Shown: positions 10,953 through 64,000 of the stretch, one piece after another
How the letters are laid out: every line of letters starts with the position of its first letter
Numbering within the stretch: position 1 is the stretch's first letter
Assembly (NCBI GenBank): GCA_965202585.1
Contig: OZ241832.1
Coordinates: forward strand, 45,508,001-45,572,000
Direction: 5' to 3'
Source of the DNA: Thalia democratica
Taxonomy: Eukaryota
Length of the DNA stretch: 64,000 nt
Notes under the pieces: generated by a model
Database searches by the model: none
Told to the model about the DNA's origin: nothing
The model's input: the letters and a program-made list of their open reading frames with translations, nothing else
Made by a program: the position numbers and the translations under genes

Positions 10953-11001
10953 TTGCGGGCCTCAGCTTTTGGCTTTGAGGGCCGCAGTCTGCCAATCCCT
11001 G
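10953..11001. mobile_element. Terminal remnant of a hAT-type MITE
   Basis: gcgggcc...gagggccgcagtctgccaatccctg resembles the right end of the 11566-12198 element (gggccgtacgttgcccacccct). Confidence 0.4.
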
Positions 11002-11565
11002 AGTTGTAACAAGATAAATCACGTAAAAAGATAGCAAAACAAATATACTAAAATTGCTTACTACAGTTATTCTTTTATAAGAAATAAAAAAAAGATACTA
11101 GGCTAGATATGTTAAATACATATTAAAAATTAACTTAGTTAAACATTTAACACTTTTGAAGCAATTATATAAAAGACTTTGTAAATTTACACAAAAGAAG
11201 ATGTAAATTAAACTTAATTTCAGTAATGGTGTAAGCATATAAAAAAAAGTTCTTACTACAACCTACACTGGATTAATATCACTAGAACCCAGTTATATGT
11301 AGAAACTATAAGTATAGAGCCAAAACATGTGAAAGAAAAGTACTAGGTGGGGTTATTTGTACATTGGATACAATTAGATATTCACAGGAGAAAGTTTTAA
11401 CTTTTACTAACGAATCTGTTTACACCACAGTATATAATAATATAGGCAATCGTTTTAAAAGGAAACGAGTAAATTATGTATTCCTTGAATCAGAGAGTTC
11501 AAAAATATATCATCGTTAGTTCATGTTAGCTTTTTAAAATAAAAAAAATTGACTATTAACTATAA

Positions 11566-12198
11566 TAGGGTTGGGCAACGTTTTTCTATCAACGGGCCGG
11601 ATCCGGAAAAATTTAGTCTTTTGCGGACCGGAGCACTTCGAACTAGTGATTTACCGGATCCAGCCGAATAATGACTTTTTAGATCCGACTGGAAACTAAC
11701 TTTAAGTCGAGATACGGATCCGGTCAGATTCTAATATAAATAAAAGTTTCGGATCCAGCCGGAATCTAATTTTATAGATACAGTTGATCACTTTTTTAAA
11801 CCCTTCGAATCGAAAAATTTTCTCAAGTCTGACATCTTAAGATGTAGATTAAGACATTTCAGATGTTTCAATAACGTGCTTGGAGTAATTAAAAAAAATG
11901 GTATTCCAACTAAGTTAGAACAACAACAAAGTATTAAGACAAAATGGTGTATTTATTAGTACACATTAACTTATAAAGTAATTTTTTAGCATGTTTTTGA
12001 AGTCAAATTCTTACAGTTTTGTTTTGTAAAAATATGATACAAAGTTTTATAACAAAATTGTAATATTGACCATTTGCGGGCCTGTAACATCACTTGCGGG
12101 CCGGTCATTTTCATTTGCGGGCTGGATCTCATTAAAATTTAAAAAACGGTCGGTGGCCGGTCATTTTCACCCTGTGGGCCGTACGTTGCCCACCCCTA
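11566..12198. mobile_element. Non-autonomous hAT-type MITE (633 bp)
   Basis: 16-bp TIRs TAGGGTTGGGCAACGT / revcomp TAGGGGTGGGCAACGT (15/16); 8-bp TSD aactataa / aactatag; subterminal gcgggcc and ccggatcc repeats. Confidence 0.85.
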
Positions 12199-13899
12199 AA
12201 CTATAGAATAGCTTGACTTATAAAGCATATTGAAGTCATAGATCAAACGTTAAAAAGTGTCATTGAGATAAATAATCTAAAATGTATAAATTAAAAATGT
12301 TATACATACGAAACTGCTGTAACTGATCCACTTAAAATTATAGCTAATCATTGTTTAATCGCAGTATTATTATGAGTATTTTGATTTAACTTCAATATTT
12401 GATCTAAGCAACAATACAATTCATACTCAACATTTTGTAACCATTATAACTTGTATCAAAGTTTGAGCAATGTAATATTGCCGAACCAGTTAACATTCTG
12501 AGTAGTAGTCATAAAAAACAGTATATATTTCCCTATAGTATTATTTGTAGAGTAACACACATATAGTTAGTATTTGAAAAATATTTTTAATCTGGAACAA
12601 GTCTGAACTTATGGATTTTTAAATTATTAAAGTCATTGACTTGAATGTTTTTCAAGATTTTGTTGATATTAATATAGTGGTAAAAAGATAGCTTATATAG
12701 TTTGGAAACTGTTAAATTATTCGCTTAACCGAGTTAACAAGTTCTATCTTTCGAGACTTCTTAGATATCACTAATATAAGTTCTTTAAATTTAGCTTAAC
12801 TGTACTTATTCCATATTTTAATATCTTTTTTATATTTCATAGCGTTTTGATAGTAAAAATTAAGTCTTAAGCAAAAACATTACTTGTAAAAATGATAGGT
12901 TTACAAGATAAAAGCAGAAGAATTTTTTAAAAATCTTTTTTGTAAATTATTTCGGAGTATTTTTGTTATACAGCTCTATTTTATGCTTTCATTTGTTCAA
13001 TATTTAATTGTAAATGATAAGGTGAGAAAACAGTTTACGATGGGAAAGCTTCAATGAAGTTTTACCTTGTTAAATTTGGCTCAGAAAATTTTATTTCTTA
13101 TACAACTTTAAATATTTTTAACTAACAAAGCTATTACAAGTAACAAACTTTTTAAAAAATATGAAGTTTACTACATAAAAATACGAGCTTTAAGATACCT
13201 TTTATTTTACTTAATTTCTTATGAAACTAGATTTTCTTCTATGCAAACTAATGACACAAAGTAAATCAGCTGCACTATAAGAATTGTCGGTTTGTGCTCG
13301 AATGTTTCAAGTTTTTTTCAAAACAAATAATTTTTAGTACTGATTTCAAAAGTAATTGAATTGAAAGTTAAAAGCAAAACTTACTTGTTTACCCAATTTA
13401 AATAAGCTTTTTTATCAGAACCTAACAGTTATAGCTGATAAAATAGCAGACTAACTTTTATAAGCTTTTTTACACTTTAACATAAAAAAATAAAACAGCA
13501 GATAATAAAATTAGTTAAAAAAATGTCAGTTATTATTAACTTTTGATTTTAATTGAAAAACTAACAAATACGTTTTATATTAATTTGTTAAAGTAAAATG
13601 AAACTATAACAACTTTAGCCATAGAAAAAACGTTAAAATTGTGAAACACTGAAGACGGAATTTAGGGAAACTTTTGTGACGATAAACACCAACAGTAGTT
13701 TTTGTACAAATTAATTATAACCATAGTTCAACAGAACTTTATCATTAAAAGAATTAAATTCGTAATTACAACTTAAAACTTAAAGGACACGATCATCAAA
13801 ATGGAAAGGACAAGATTTATCTAGTTCGTAAAAAAAAAATCAAAAATTCATGTGTTTATAAAATAAAGCTAATAAATTGCTCCATTAAACAACAAGTAC

Positions 13900-14065
13900 C
13901 GTTAGAACTAGCAGCACTTTAACCAAACAAGTAAATATCTCGTTAACATAATTGGTCCAGCCGATCTTGTCCGAGACCCAGCAGTGGTCTAGTGGAAGGA
14001 CAGACGGACCAAACATTTCCATGAAAACATCATTTTTTACCACCTATGCTAGAAGATTACCCGAT
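13900..14065 (-). other. Probable 3' UTR exon of the CHD gene (3' end not defined; 13900 is approximate)
   Basis: Donor TAG|gtaagt at 14134/14133, 6 nt after the stop codon; 68-nt intron; acceptor aaaaacag|ATCGGG at 14066/14065; the following sequence is GC-richer than the intron. Confidence 0.5.
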
Positions 14066-14139
14066 CTGTTTTTATTGATATTTAAAAAATGAAGCGTTTT
14101 AAATAACCTAACCTTAAGTAATTTTATACTTACCTAAAA

Positions 14140-54750
<40,611 letters not shown>

Positions 54751-55359
54751 ATTTTTTGTTTCTATTTCCAGTATAAACTATTAATCATTATAAGTAACAA
54801 TAAAATGCTCTTTTAAAAACTGTATCTCCTGTTAAAAAAATAGTTGTTAACCTTGCTAGAATAAAAACTATTAAACTACTATTTTGAATTTGGTTAATTA
54901 AGTAATAACTGAAAAAAAAAACAGGTAAACACTGCAAAAAAAAAAAAAATAAAGTTAAAGTTTTCTTTTAAAACAGTTAAAACTACAAAGATTTTTTTGT
55001 TTTTAATTAAGGCTATAATCATTACTAGTTATTAATAAAAATTTTACTATCATTATAAAATGTAAAATTTATAAAAACAAATTTCCAAGTCTATTATATT
55101 ACTATCGTGTAAGATTTATACATAAAATATTTGTTTTATTGTCGATTTATTGGATATAACAAAAGTTAAATAAAATAACTTAACCAAATATGCTAAATGT
55201 TAGATATATTGTTTAATTATACATTTTTTTTTTCAAGGATAAAAAATATTATCTCACATACATGTTTAGTAACATATTATTCATATGTTTCTTTATAAAT
55301 CTAAAATAATAATAATAAAGAACTATTTTATAAGTACTTTTCAACCTATAGCTTAAATA

Positions 55360-55680
55360 CAGGGTTGCCACTCTTAAAACCAAATAAGCAAGCCTGAATA
55401 ACCAAAAGTTAGCCGAAATTATATCAAATTTATAAGAAAAATTAAAAAAAACTTAAATGACCAAAATTTTATAAAAATGTTAATGAAAATTAAATACCTA
55501 AAAATACCACAAAAAAAAAAAACAGGACTTAATAAAAACACATTTTTCAAGAAAACACTTTTGAAGTCAATAAAACTAGCCTGAGATTTAAGCTAAATGT
55601 ACAAACTAGCCTAAGTTATGCACAAAAATTCAAATAAGCCTGAGTTTTTAAAAATTCAAACTAGCCCGAGTTATCCTAGG
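55360..55680. mobile_element. Possible degenerate hAT-type MITE
   Basis: Begins CAGGGTTGCCACT and has repeated aactagcct(g/a) motifs; a related reversed end (caggatggccact) lies at 3445-3478. The right end is unclear. Confidence 0.3.
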
Positions 55681-58600
55681 AATTATGAGTGTGTACCAGT
55701 TATGTTTGAATGATACTTTATATAAAAATCTATATCTTTTAACTTTAAAATAAACTATGGCTTTGTGTCAGAGAATTCCTGATGACAGCATTGAAAATGT
55801 AGTATTTCAATTTTACAAGATAAAATCTAGTTGGTCAACATAAAGAAACTTGATGTAGATTTTTTTATTTGCAACCATTATGATTTAAGCTACTGTTAAA
55901 GTAAAAAATAAAAAGAGTAAATCTTTCTGCATCTATCTTAAAATTTAATCTGACATTTTTGATATAAAATAGATAAACCAAAATACTTCAAAGAAAATAA
56001 AATTGTATTAGTTTTACAGTGTGAGATCAAAACCAACTAGTGAACAATTAAAAAAATTGTGAAGTTTAGTTGATACAAGAGCAGTACTCTAATTTTAGAA
56101 TAGAGCATGTGTGTACAAACTATGCAAATCTTAAGAACTATAAGAATAAAAAAATACCAATGAAGCCAATTGTTATTCTAAATTACATTTTTTTACTCTT
56201 CATAATTATTTTTCTTTCTTATTGTATATTGTTAGAAACAAACAAAAAATGAAATATAGGTTTAAATTGGCAAGCTAAATTCTGATTTTTTAACGAATCA
56301 GCACTTATAAAATTAAAAATAAAATAAAAATTTTATTCACGCAAAATCAAACTATTATTTGATGAAGTTGAATTGTTTTATCACATTTGAAAAATTTAAA
56401 TTACAATTTAACTAAAACAAAACCAAATAGCAAATTTCATTTTATCTGTAAACCCAAGAACTTAAAATAAATAATTTGTATTCAAAATTAGTATGTAAGA
56501 TTTAAAGCAAAATTTACAGTATATTTAATTGTGATAGCCTAAGAGAATTCAAAGCCATATGGGTAATAGTGTATTAACAAGTAAGAGAGTTTGAGTGTGC
56601 TTTTTGTCATGCATGATTTAACATAAGCTGCAGCTACATTCACATTTAATAAACTTATTACTTTTTACAATCTTAAAAACTTAGAATTTTAAAGATATAA
56701 TAATTATAAAGTTAAAATTACTATAAAAATTACAATCAGTGTAGTTAATTTAAGCATTACCTTAATTAAACATTTTTTCACTTAAATTTAACTTCAGTAG
56801 TATGTCATTGCTTATTACACTGAAGATATACCTAAAAATAAAACTAGTTAAGCTCTAAAATTAAGTATAACTTGGTTTTTATAAAAACGATTGATAGAAT
56901 TTAAATTCAAAACAATTATATAAGTTTTTAAATACTATGGTAAGAAGAACAAGTGACTTTGGTTCTAAGTTTTAAACAACAGTAAAATTTTTCTTTTCTT
57001 TGGAACTAAAACTTTACACATATAGTTATAATCTTTAATTATTTATTTACCAAGGTAACCATTCATAAGTTATACATTTTCAGCTGAGGTAATATTTTGC
57101 TGAAGAATTTATCAGGCTAGCTCATTTAAGACTTAAAAAAAGAAAAAGTTTTCAAGCTGTGAGTAATATAAGATAAACTTTATATAAAATAATTCAGAAA
57201 AAAAAATTAAAACTGATTATATAAAAAAGATGCGTTATTATTTTTCTAAAACTATACAAGTAAGATTTTCAAAAGATAATTTTTTTATACTTCTCAAACT
57301 ATTTTTTTAATAGATTTAATGATTGATATTAACAAATTATTTTTTGTTTTTACAAGCCATTTTATTTTATTTTCTGAAATGATCTATATTTTAAAACTGA
57401 GCAAAACTTAATCGTATTTAGTATTTATAAAGTGGTAAAAGACTTATCAGAATCTTTTATAATGCTTTAACTACTTATCCATGACTATTTGTAACAAATT
57501 TGATCTAAGCAACTTTTAGTTGACCGGTTTTTTGAAACAAATATTTTTAGTTAAGTAAATATATAACTTAGAAGTTTGCTATACTTTCAAACACTCTAAA
57601 GTGTTTATTGTTTAAAGCTAATCACATGAATCTTCAAAAAAATGTTTGCTTTGACATAAATTTTTGCAAAATGTTTGTTCAATAATATTTATGAATTAAA
57701 TTCACAATGTAGTAGTTTGCAAAATAAGTAACGAGTAAATAATGTATCAAATCATAATACTAATGGGTTTAAATCTGTACAAAAAAAATAAAGAAAATAT
57801 TAATTTAAGTATTAATACGAAATAACAAAAATATCCTTTCACTAACAAGTAAATTTCATTTTTTTACCTAAAATAACATTTAGACAAAATATGTGGAAAA
57901 CTAATCTAAGTTTTATTTTGTTGACTAGGACTATTTAGTTTACAAACGATACAAATAACTGTTTCGTTTTTATTGGACAATATGAAAATTGCTATGTCAT
58001 GTTTTCGCTATATTTATAAAATTTACTTGCAAAGTTTTTTTTTTTTTTGATTTGTTAAATTGTCAGTAGTTTATTTAACAATGTAGTTAAAAATAAAAGA
58101 GTTTTGCCTAAGTTTTTATACATAGCAGATTTATACCTAACATTTAAATTTAAAATGCTATGTTTTATACTGTAAAGTAATAACTGACTTAAGTGTTGTG
58201 GTTTATTTGTTTTTAATTTTATTATTTTTAATCTTTGTAGACATTTTTATACTAAAATAACTTTTTTTTAAGTTAGTTCAAGTAGTAAATGCCAATTGAT
58301 GTCTATCTTAACAACCGAAAGTTATTTTTATACACTATGTAGGTGATTTAGTCATATTTGTGAAAGTCGATTTCTTTTTCGTGTTCAATAATAAACTTTT
58401 CAAAATTTAGGTTACATATCTATTGGTAAAAGTTTAAGTTGTATCTATTGATACAAAAATTTTTTTTTTTAAATTGTATTCTACACATAAAAAGTAAAGC
58501 AACTACTTTAGAAAAAGTTAAAGTCCAAAAGACTATTAGAATATAAACAAACTTACAATTTTAAAACTTACACTTTACAAGTGATAGTAAAAAATTTCAA

Positions 58601-61229
58601 TTAACGAAAACATGTTAAGCTGAAGCAAGTTTAGAGTTGTTAATTTACACTGAGAAGTTTTTCAACTAAACAAATTATTTTTAAAATAAATTCTTACTTT
58701 CATACAGCGTTGAATAAAATAAATATTATAACATTAAAATGTAGATTGACGAAAAGTGATCGTTATATTAAAAAAATCGTAATTTGTTTTTAAACTTAAA
58801 TCATTGAAAATATATTTAAAATTTAGCTCAGAAATTTAGTTTTTATCTCACTTTCTACTTATATTAGACTAAAAACACTTAAAGAGTTTTTTTGTAAGAC
58901 ATTTTTATTTGTAATAACTTTTTTACTGCGATTAATTAATGTAATGTAGTACTTGAATAATTTTATTTACAAAATATTATAGTAAAATGAATATAGAATA
59001 TTTATGTAAACATAGTCTAAGACTTTATTTCCTTGAATTTAAAACTTTTTGACTTTTTTTATTTTTAAGTAGTCTGAATGCTTTAAAAGTTACTTTAAGT
59101 TAACAATTTAAGTTAAAAGATTGTGTAAAATTGTTTTAAGTAGTTCTTTTGTACTACATTTATTACTTTTTGAACGAAAAAAAGCACTCCAAATATTTGG
59201 TTTAAAGACCTTGTGTACGAAGGAACCTTTTAGTTATCGAGTCGTACATCACTTGGATATAGTTTAACGTCATTTCCCAGGACTGTAAGCATTTAGTAAA
59301 CAGAAAACTCTATTATTGTTTTAAAAACTACTAATGTCACAACAGTTAGTTAAATATATGAGTTTAGCGCGTATAATAATTATGAATAAAAAAGGTAGGG
59401 ATTGATGTAGAGAATACTTTAAGCAAAACAAAACTTCAAAACTATAAAAAAAAAAAAATTAAGTAGTCCTGAAATATAAGTTATGGTTTTCGCTAAAATT
59501 TTTAAATAATGAATACAAAATTGTACATTTAATCAAATTTATATTTTGAAGTTTAATTTAGGTGGTTGTCGATTTTATTTCAGCAAAAAAAAAGTATAAA
59601 CTTCTTTTTATAATGTTTTAAACATGATAACAGTCTTAAAATAGAAAGTTTCTTTTGCGTATGTTGTAGTTTCAGTTTAACAATGTTAATTTTATATAAG
59701 TCTTTTAAAAATAAATTATACAACTTTAACTCTCGAATAATGGTGTTTAAAAAGATTGATTTGTTAGGAACGACTTTAAAAAAGTAGAATTTTATGCTAA
59801 TTTAAAGTTAAATGATCCACACAAAGCTAAATAGGTTCAAATAACGAGATACATATAATATAATTTAGTGTTTATATAAGTTTACAAAATTAAAAAGTTA
59901 GTTTAAAGATCTTTTAAATTTCCTTTTTTCTTTCGAGTAATGTTTCCTCTCGAGTTTTAAATATTTAATACAAATTAATTGAAAACAAAAAAAAAAACGA
60001 GTTCCCTTGTAAACCTGACAATTCCAAAATAGAACTCAACTTAAAATATTACTTTACTAGAAAGCATATTAAATTAAACTTCGACAAAACTTTTTCTACT
60101 ATTTTGGAAGAATTAAGACTTAACTGTTGCCATAAACCAAGTATTATTTTGTAATAGAAAAAATCTCGATATTGATGAAAGTAAATGTTTTGCTAGTTCA
60201 GATAAATTTAGAAAAAAAAGCCACATCATATACATGTTTTCTATATAGATACTGAAAAATATGACTTTTTTTAACAAATGAACAAAGTTTTCTTAAATTA
60301 GTATAAAAAAATAACCTTTTTTTTGAAAAACTTGTTTTTTACTGGAAATACTTTTTGTATAAATAAAAGTTATTATAAAATAAGTGTGTTTGCTAATAGA
60401 AAAATAAAATGAAATTTTTTAAACACCTTATTGTTTTCCTAAACTAAAAAATAAAACATTTGTACGAAATATGTTTTTCAGATGATTGAAAGTCGCATAT
60501 TCTACTACCATATCAGCCCTTAGTTTTGTTAAAAGTATGTTGTGGAAGTAGCATTTCAAATCGCGGATTCTTAAAAAGTATAATCTATTTTATTTTAGAT
60601 TAAGTATTCAGTTTTACTCTAATTATAATGTTTTTGTTTTATAGTGAGTATTTAAGTTATTTTTGACAAGAGAATGTGTGAATTTTACAACAAAAGCTTA
60701 CAATGAAAAAATTTTTAGTCTGCAATAAAAGGATTTTAAAAACGCTTAAAGGTTTTCCTATGTTAAAAAAAATTACTTAAACTATTATAGTATGAAATAT
60801 ATATACAATAAAAACTAGCAACTTTAGATTAAAAAGAAATTTTAAAGTGATTTTTAAACGCATTCTAACTTTATTTTTAGTTTTAAACTTATATTTACTT
60901 AAAAAGCACAGATGTATGAGATAGTTGAAGCCAAACATTTTTACAAGAGATGAGATAAATTTACACAACCACTAGTTACTTTAAAACTATTTAACATTTT
61001 GTTAAATTAAATCTATCTTAAATACTTTAAGTTTAAGTTATCTCATACCCATGTATATCATCACCCTTTCTTAACAACTATAGCTACTTTTATTTTTATT
61101 TATGTCCTTGTAAGTTTATGTATTTTTTCAACTATAAGTTTACTTATTTAATTTCATGACATGTCTAACTAGTAAAAGAAAAAACAAAAAAGTACATGCG
61201 AGTAACTTTAAAAAACGAGGTTGCCTCTA

Positions 61230-61391
61230 CTTGAGTTTTTCCTGCTCGAATTTCTGTTGCTCGAGTTGCCCCTGCTCGAGTTGTTTCTGCTCGAGTTTTT
61301 CTTGCTCGAGTTTTCCCTGCTCGAGTTTATTCCTTCTCGAGTTGCCCCTGCTTGAATTTTCGTTGCTCAAGTTTTCTCTGCTCGAGTTCAG
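61230..61391. repeat. 15-bp tandem repeat (ctcgagttNNNNNtg), 10 units plus a partial unit
   Basis: Units start at 61230, 61245, 61260, 61275, 61290, 61305, 61320 (16 nt), 61336, 61351, 61366 and 61381. Confidence 0.9.
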
Positions 61392-62682
61392 CTTGTTTTA
61401 TTGTTCTCGCGTTGTAGTAAGTTTTCAACTGTGATCATGATTTTAATCACCTGGTGCTGCAAGTTCATGCAGCTCCAGAATTCAATTTTTCAACATTTTT
61501 TGTATTGAAAACTTGTAAATGTTTAAGATGCAGCTGACACAGGTTGAGCTTGCAGCTCTAATTTTACGAACATTTTGAACATCAAATATAAAAAATTGTA
61601 AAAAACTAATTAAGCAGGGAAGTTAACGACGTTCATGTACACATATGACTGTATTTTTTGTACAACTTCATGATAAAATAACTTCCTTTTTTTTAAGGTA
61701 ATAAAAAAACATTAATGTCATTTTAAAGCTCGATTCCTCAGCTTAAAAATAAAGTTATTTTGACGTAGTTTGGGATTATACAGTTGAAGCAGGGACCCAT
61801 TTAAAGCAGAGTGTTAAAAGGCTTAAACTCTAAAATAAAATAAAAAAGCACAATTTTAAATTTTTTTTAGGTGGAGCTACAGCTCCAGCATTCCACCCCA
61901 CGCGACTCCCCTGAGTGTTACCATAATTTTTTTTTTTGTAAATCTAGCTGTTGTAAACAGCGATGATTTTCAGACTTACATTTTCATAATTTTTATACTT
62001 AGTTGATATAATCAACTGTTTAATTCAAAACGTTAAAAGCAGATTGTCACACGTGTAAGTTTCTAGTCCAAAAATTATTTACCAGTGTTATTTGAATCAG
62101 AATTCAAAAAAAAATTGTCAAAATTATTTTAGTCGTTTATTATATGTGTCTAACCTATTACAATAATTTGCAAAAAGTAAAAGTTATAACATTTTCAAAC
62201 TTTATTATGCTTCATTTGTTATGGCTCAGCTTTAAAAAAATAATTGCACTTTGCAAATCCTTAAAATTATTAATCAATTTTGTATATAACAAGTACCATT
62301 AAACTAACTAATAATGTAAAGAATAAATTTCTGTATAAAAAAAACTGTTTTATTTATTAAAATTAAACGAGAAATTTAAAGCTTTAAAAAACTATTAAAG
62401 TAAAATATTAAAAACGAACAACATTAGTAATATTATGCCATCAAATCATCTTACATTAAATACTTACTTATTAGTAGAAGTATGCAATTTTTGAAAGTTT
62501 AGAATGGAAAAGCTAATTTATTTAAAAAAAAATTTAGGTTGTTACTCTTAAGTAAGTTTTGTATTAATTATTTTATTGTCAATTATTAATATAGCCGATA
62601 TTTGTTTTTGACCTCACGAAATACCACTAAAATACACCATATTACCATCGCGAGTGTAAACAATTATCGCGACAGTTTAGAC

Positions 62683-62930
62683 CAGGATTTCCTAAACTCC
62701 ATTTCTTGATCGCTACGTTTTAAGAAAATTAAAAAATTAGTCATCTTTTATAAAAACCCTAGAATATTTAGTCGAAGTTCTATAACTTTCGTGAAATGAC
62801 CCTAAAGTAAATTCTTTCTTGTCATTTCAAACCCCGTAGTATCTAGTGATCGCCTTTTTTACTAGTCAAGTTCCCTTTTTTGCCCCTTTTACAGCTTTCT
62901 GCCCCCTATGGCTTACTTTTGAAAACTCTA
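62683..62930. mobile_element. Degenerate hAT-type MITE related to 6468-6897
   Basis: Left end CAGGATTTCCTAAACT; degenerate right end; 8-bp TSD gtttagac / ttttagac. Confidence 0.55.
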
Positions 62931-63210
62931 TTTTAGACCCTAGCTTGGTCAAAAAATAATTGAGTATGCCAACAAACAGACTATACTAATAAATGTTGCT
63001 TGATAAATAAATTACAATAATTATTTGTGATACACAACGGCCTAAATCGCGTTTTACCGGAAATAGGGAGTGAGTTTTTTTATACACCTTTTTTCGGTGC
63101 ATAACTTATTTAAAAGATATAACAAAACACATTTCATTTTTTCTTAAATTTATTTGAGTACTTTCGAAGTAAGTCTTGTAAAAAATTGTATCTTACTAAT
63201 TTAAACTAAA

Positions 63211-63253
63211 AAACAATAAACTTTGCCGCACGACCAACAACAACAGCATCCGA
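63211..63253 (-). mobile_element. Fragment of the hammerhead-bearing repeat family (arm downstream of the cleavage site)
   Basis: 37/43 identical to 2810-2852, including the identical caacaacaacagcatccga. Confidence 0.65.
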
Positions 63254-63671
63254 TATTTTTAAACACTTATTTAAACTGAATTGAAATTGAAATAAAATTA
63301 TACTGTAGTTTAAAGTTTTAAACATAAAATGACGTAACAATCAAGTGTAAAAATTATTAAAAGCTTATACTAAAGTACTTTGCTGTACTAATAAAACTTG
63401 TTAGATTTAAATCAAGTTAAAATAAAACAGCGATAAAATTGAAAATAAAACTACACTTGAAAAAAATATTTTAGGAGAAACTAATTACTTTAAAATAACT
63501 TAATATAAGGATTTAAAAAGCCTAGTTTGTTATACCAATTTTTTCTGCTTACATAAACTGGGGCTTAAAGATCGAACGCATAAGGCTTCTAGAATATGTA
63601 GCTGAAAAGAGTTCTCCGATAGAAAAAAGTTCTGTTTTTTATAATTTTTCGCGCACTCATGATTGTCCAGC

Positions 63672-63816
63672 AAATTTTGCCCATTCGCCGAGAAATATTT
63701 TTTCGTAGGTTTCTCCAAACGACCATCAAACAATTTCCGAAAATCTTGAAAAGCTGATTTGATGGTCGTTCGGAGAAACCTACGAAAAAATACTTCTCGG
63801 CGATTGGGCAACATTT
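63672..63816. repeat. Fold-back element: 59-bp inverted arms, 27-nt spacer
   Basis: 63672-63730 versus the reverse complement of 63758-63816: 4 mismatches. Confidence 0.9.
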
Positions 63817-64000
63817 ATAGAATGCTTCCTTCTTATTAAAAAAAATCGTAATCGGAACAAGTTTTGTTAGTTTTACTTTAATCTAATAAATCTGAGGATT
63901 TTAGAAATATATACATATAATAGTACTAGAATACAGAGTTATAAACCCAAGTAAGTCACCTGTAACCATTACTCAAAAATTTTAATAGACAATCAATTCA

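Noticed and set aside
13649-13680. CTGAAGA...GGAAAC, a hammerhead-like word
   Set aside because: Stem II cannot pair and the triplet is GUG rather than NUH.
55779-55800. CTGATGA cagcatt GAAA
   Set aside because: No stem II and no stem III or NUH; probably chance.
61156-61434. Plus-strand Cys/Ser-rich ORF (CSSxx repeat), superficially metallothionein- or keratin-associated-like
   Set aside because: It is a by-product of the 15-bp repeat; the antisense LEQ reading explains the unit variation better.
63530-63814. 94-aa minus-strand ORF
   Set aside because: It spans a DNA inverted repeat and has no recognisable motif; probably spurious.

Overview
AT-rich eukaryotic genomic DNA, metazoan and probably invertebrate; the species cannot be named from sequence alone. 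It holds two intron-rich minus-strand genes. (1) The 5' part of PEX11-gamma (exons 4146-3892, 1377-1202 and about 445-407), which runs off the left edge. (2) The apparently complete coding region of a very large CHD6-9/kismet-family chromatin remodeller (54750 to 14140). My hand assembly gives 65 GT-AG coding exons with consistent phases and about 4,480 aa: tandem chromodomains, SNF2 ATPase, SANT-like/CR region and two BRK domains. Introns and intergenic DNA carry hAT-type MITEs with 8-bp TSDs, a 5'-truncated RTE LINE with a 14-bp TSD, a decayed RT fragment, two long fold-back hairpins and a 15-bp tandem repeat. The main unexplained signal is a dispersed repeat family (copies near 2.86, 5.2, 5.5 and 7.9 kb, plus a fragment at 63.2 kb) carrying a minimal type I hammerhead ribozyme core (CUGAUGA-GUCC-n6-GGAC-GAAAC-CG-GUC). 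Each copy has a different lesion, and there is evidence for a 296-nt head-to-tail monomer, which suggests a retrozyme/Penelope-type element family. All coordinates and splice calls were made by eye, with no database searches.
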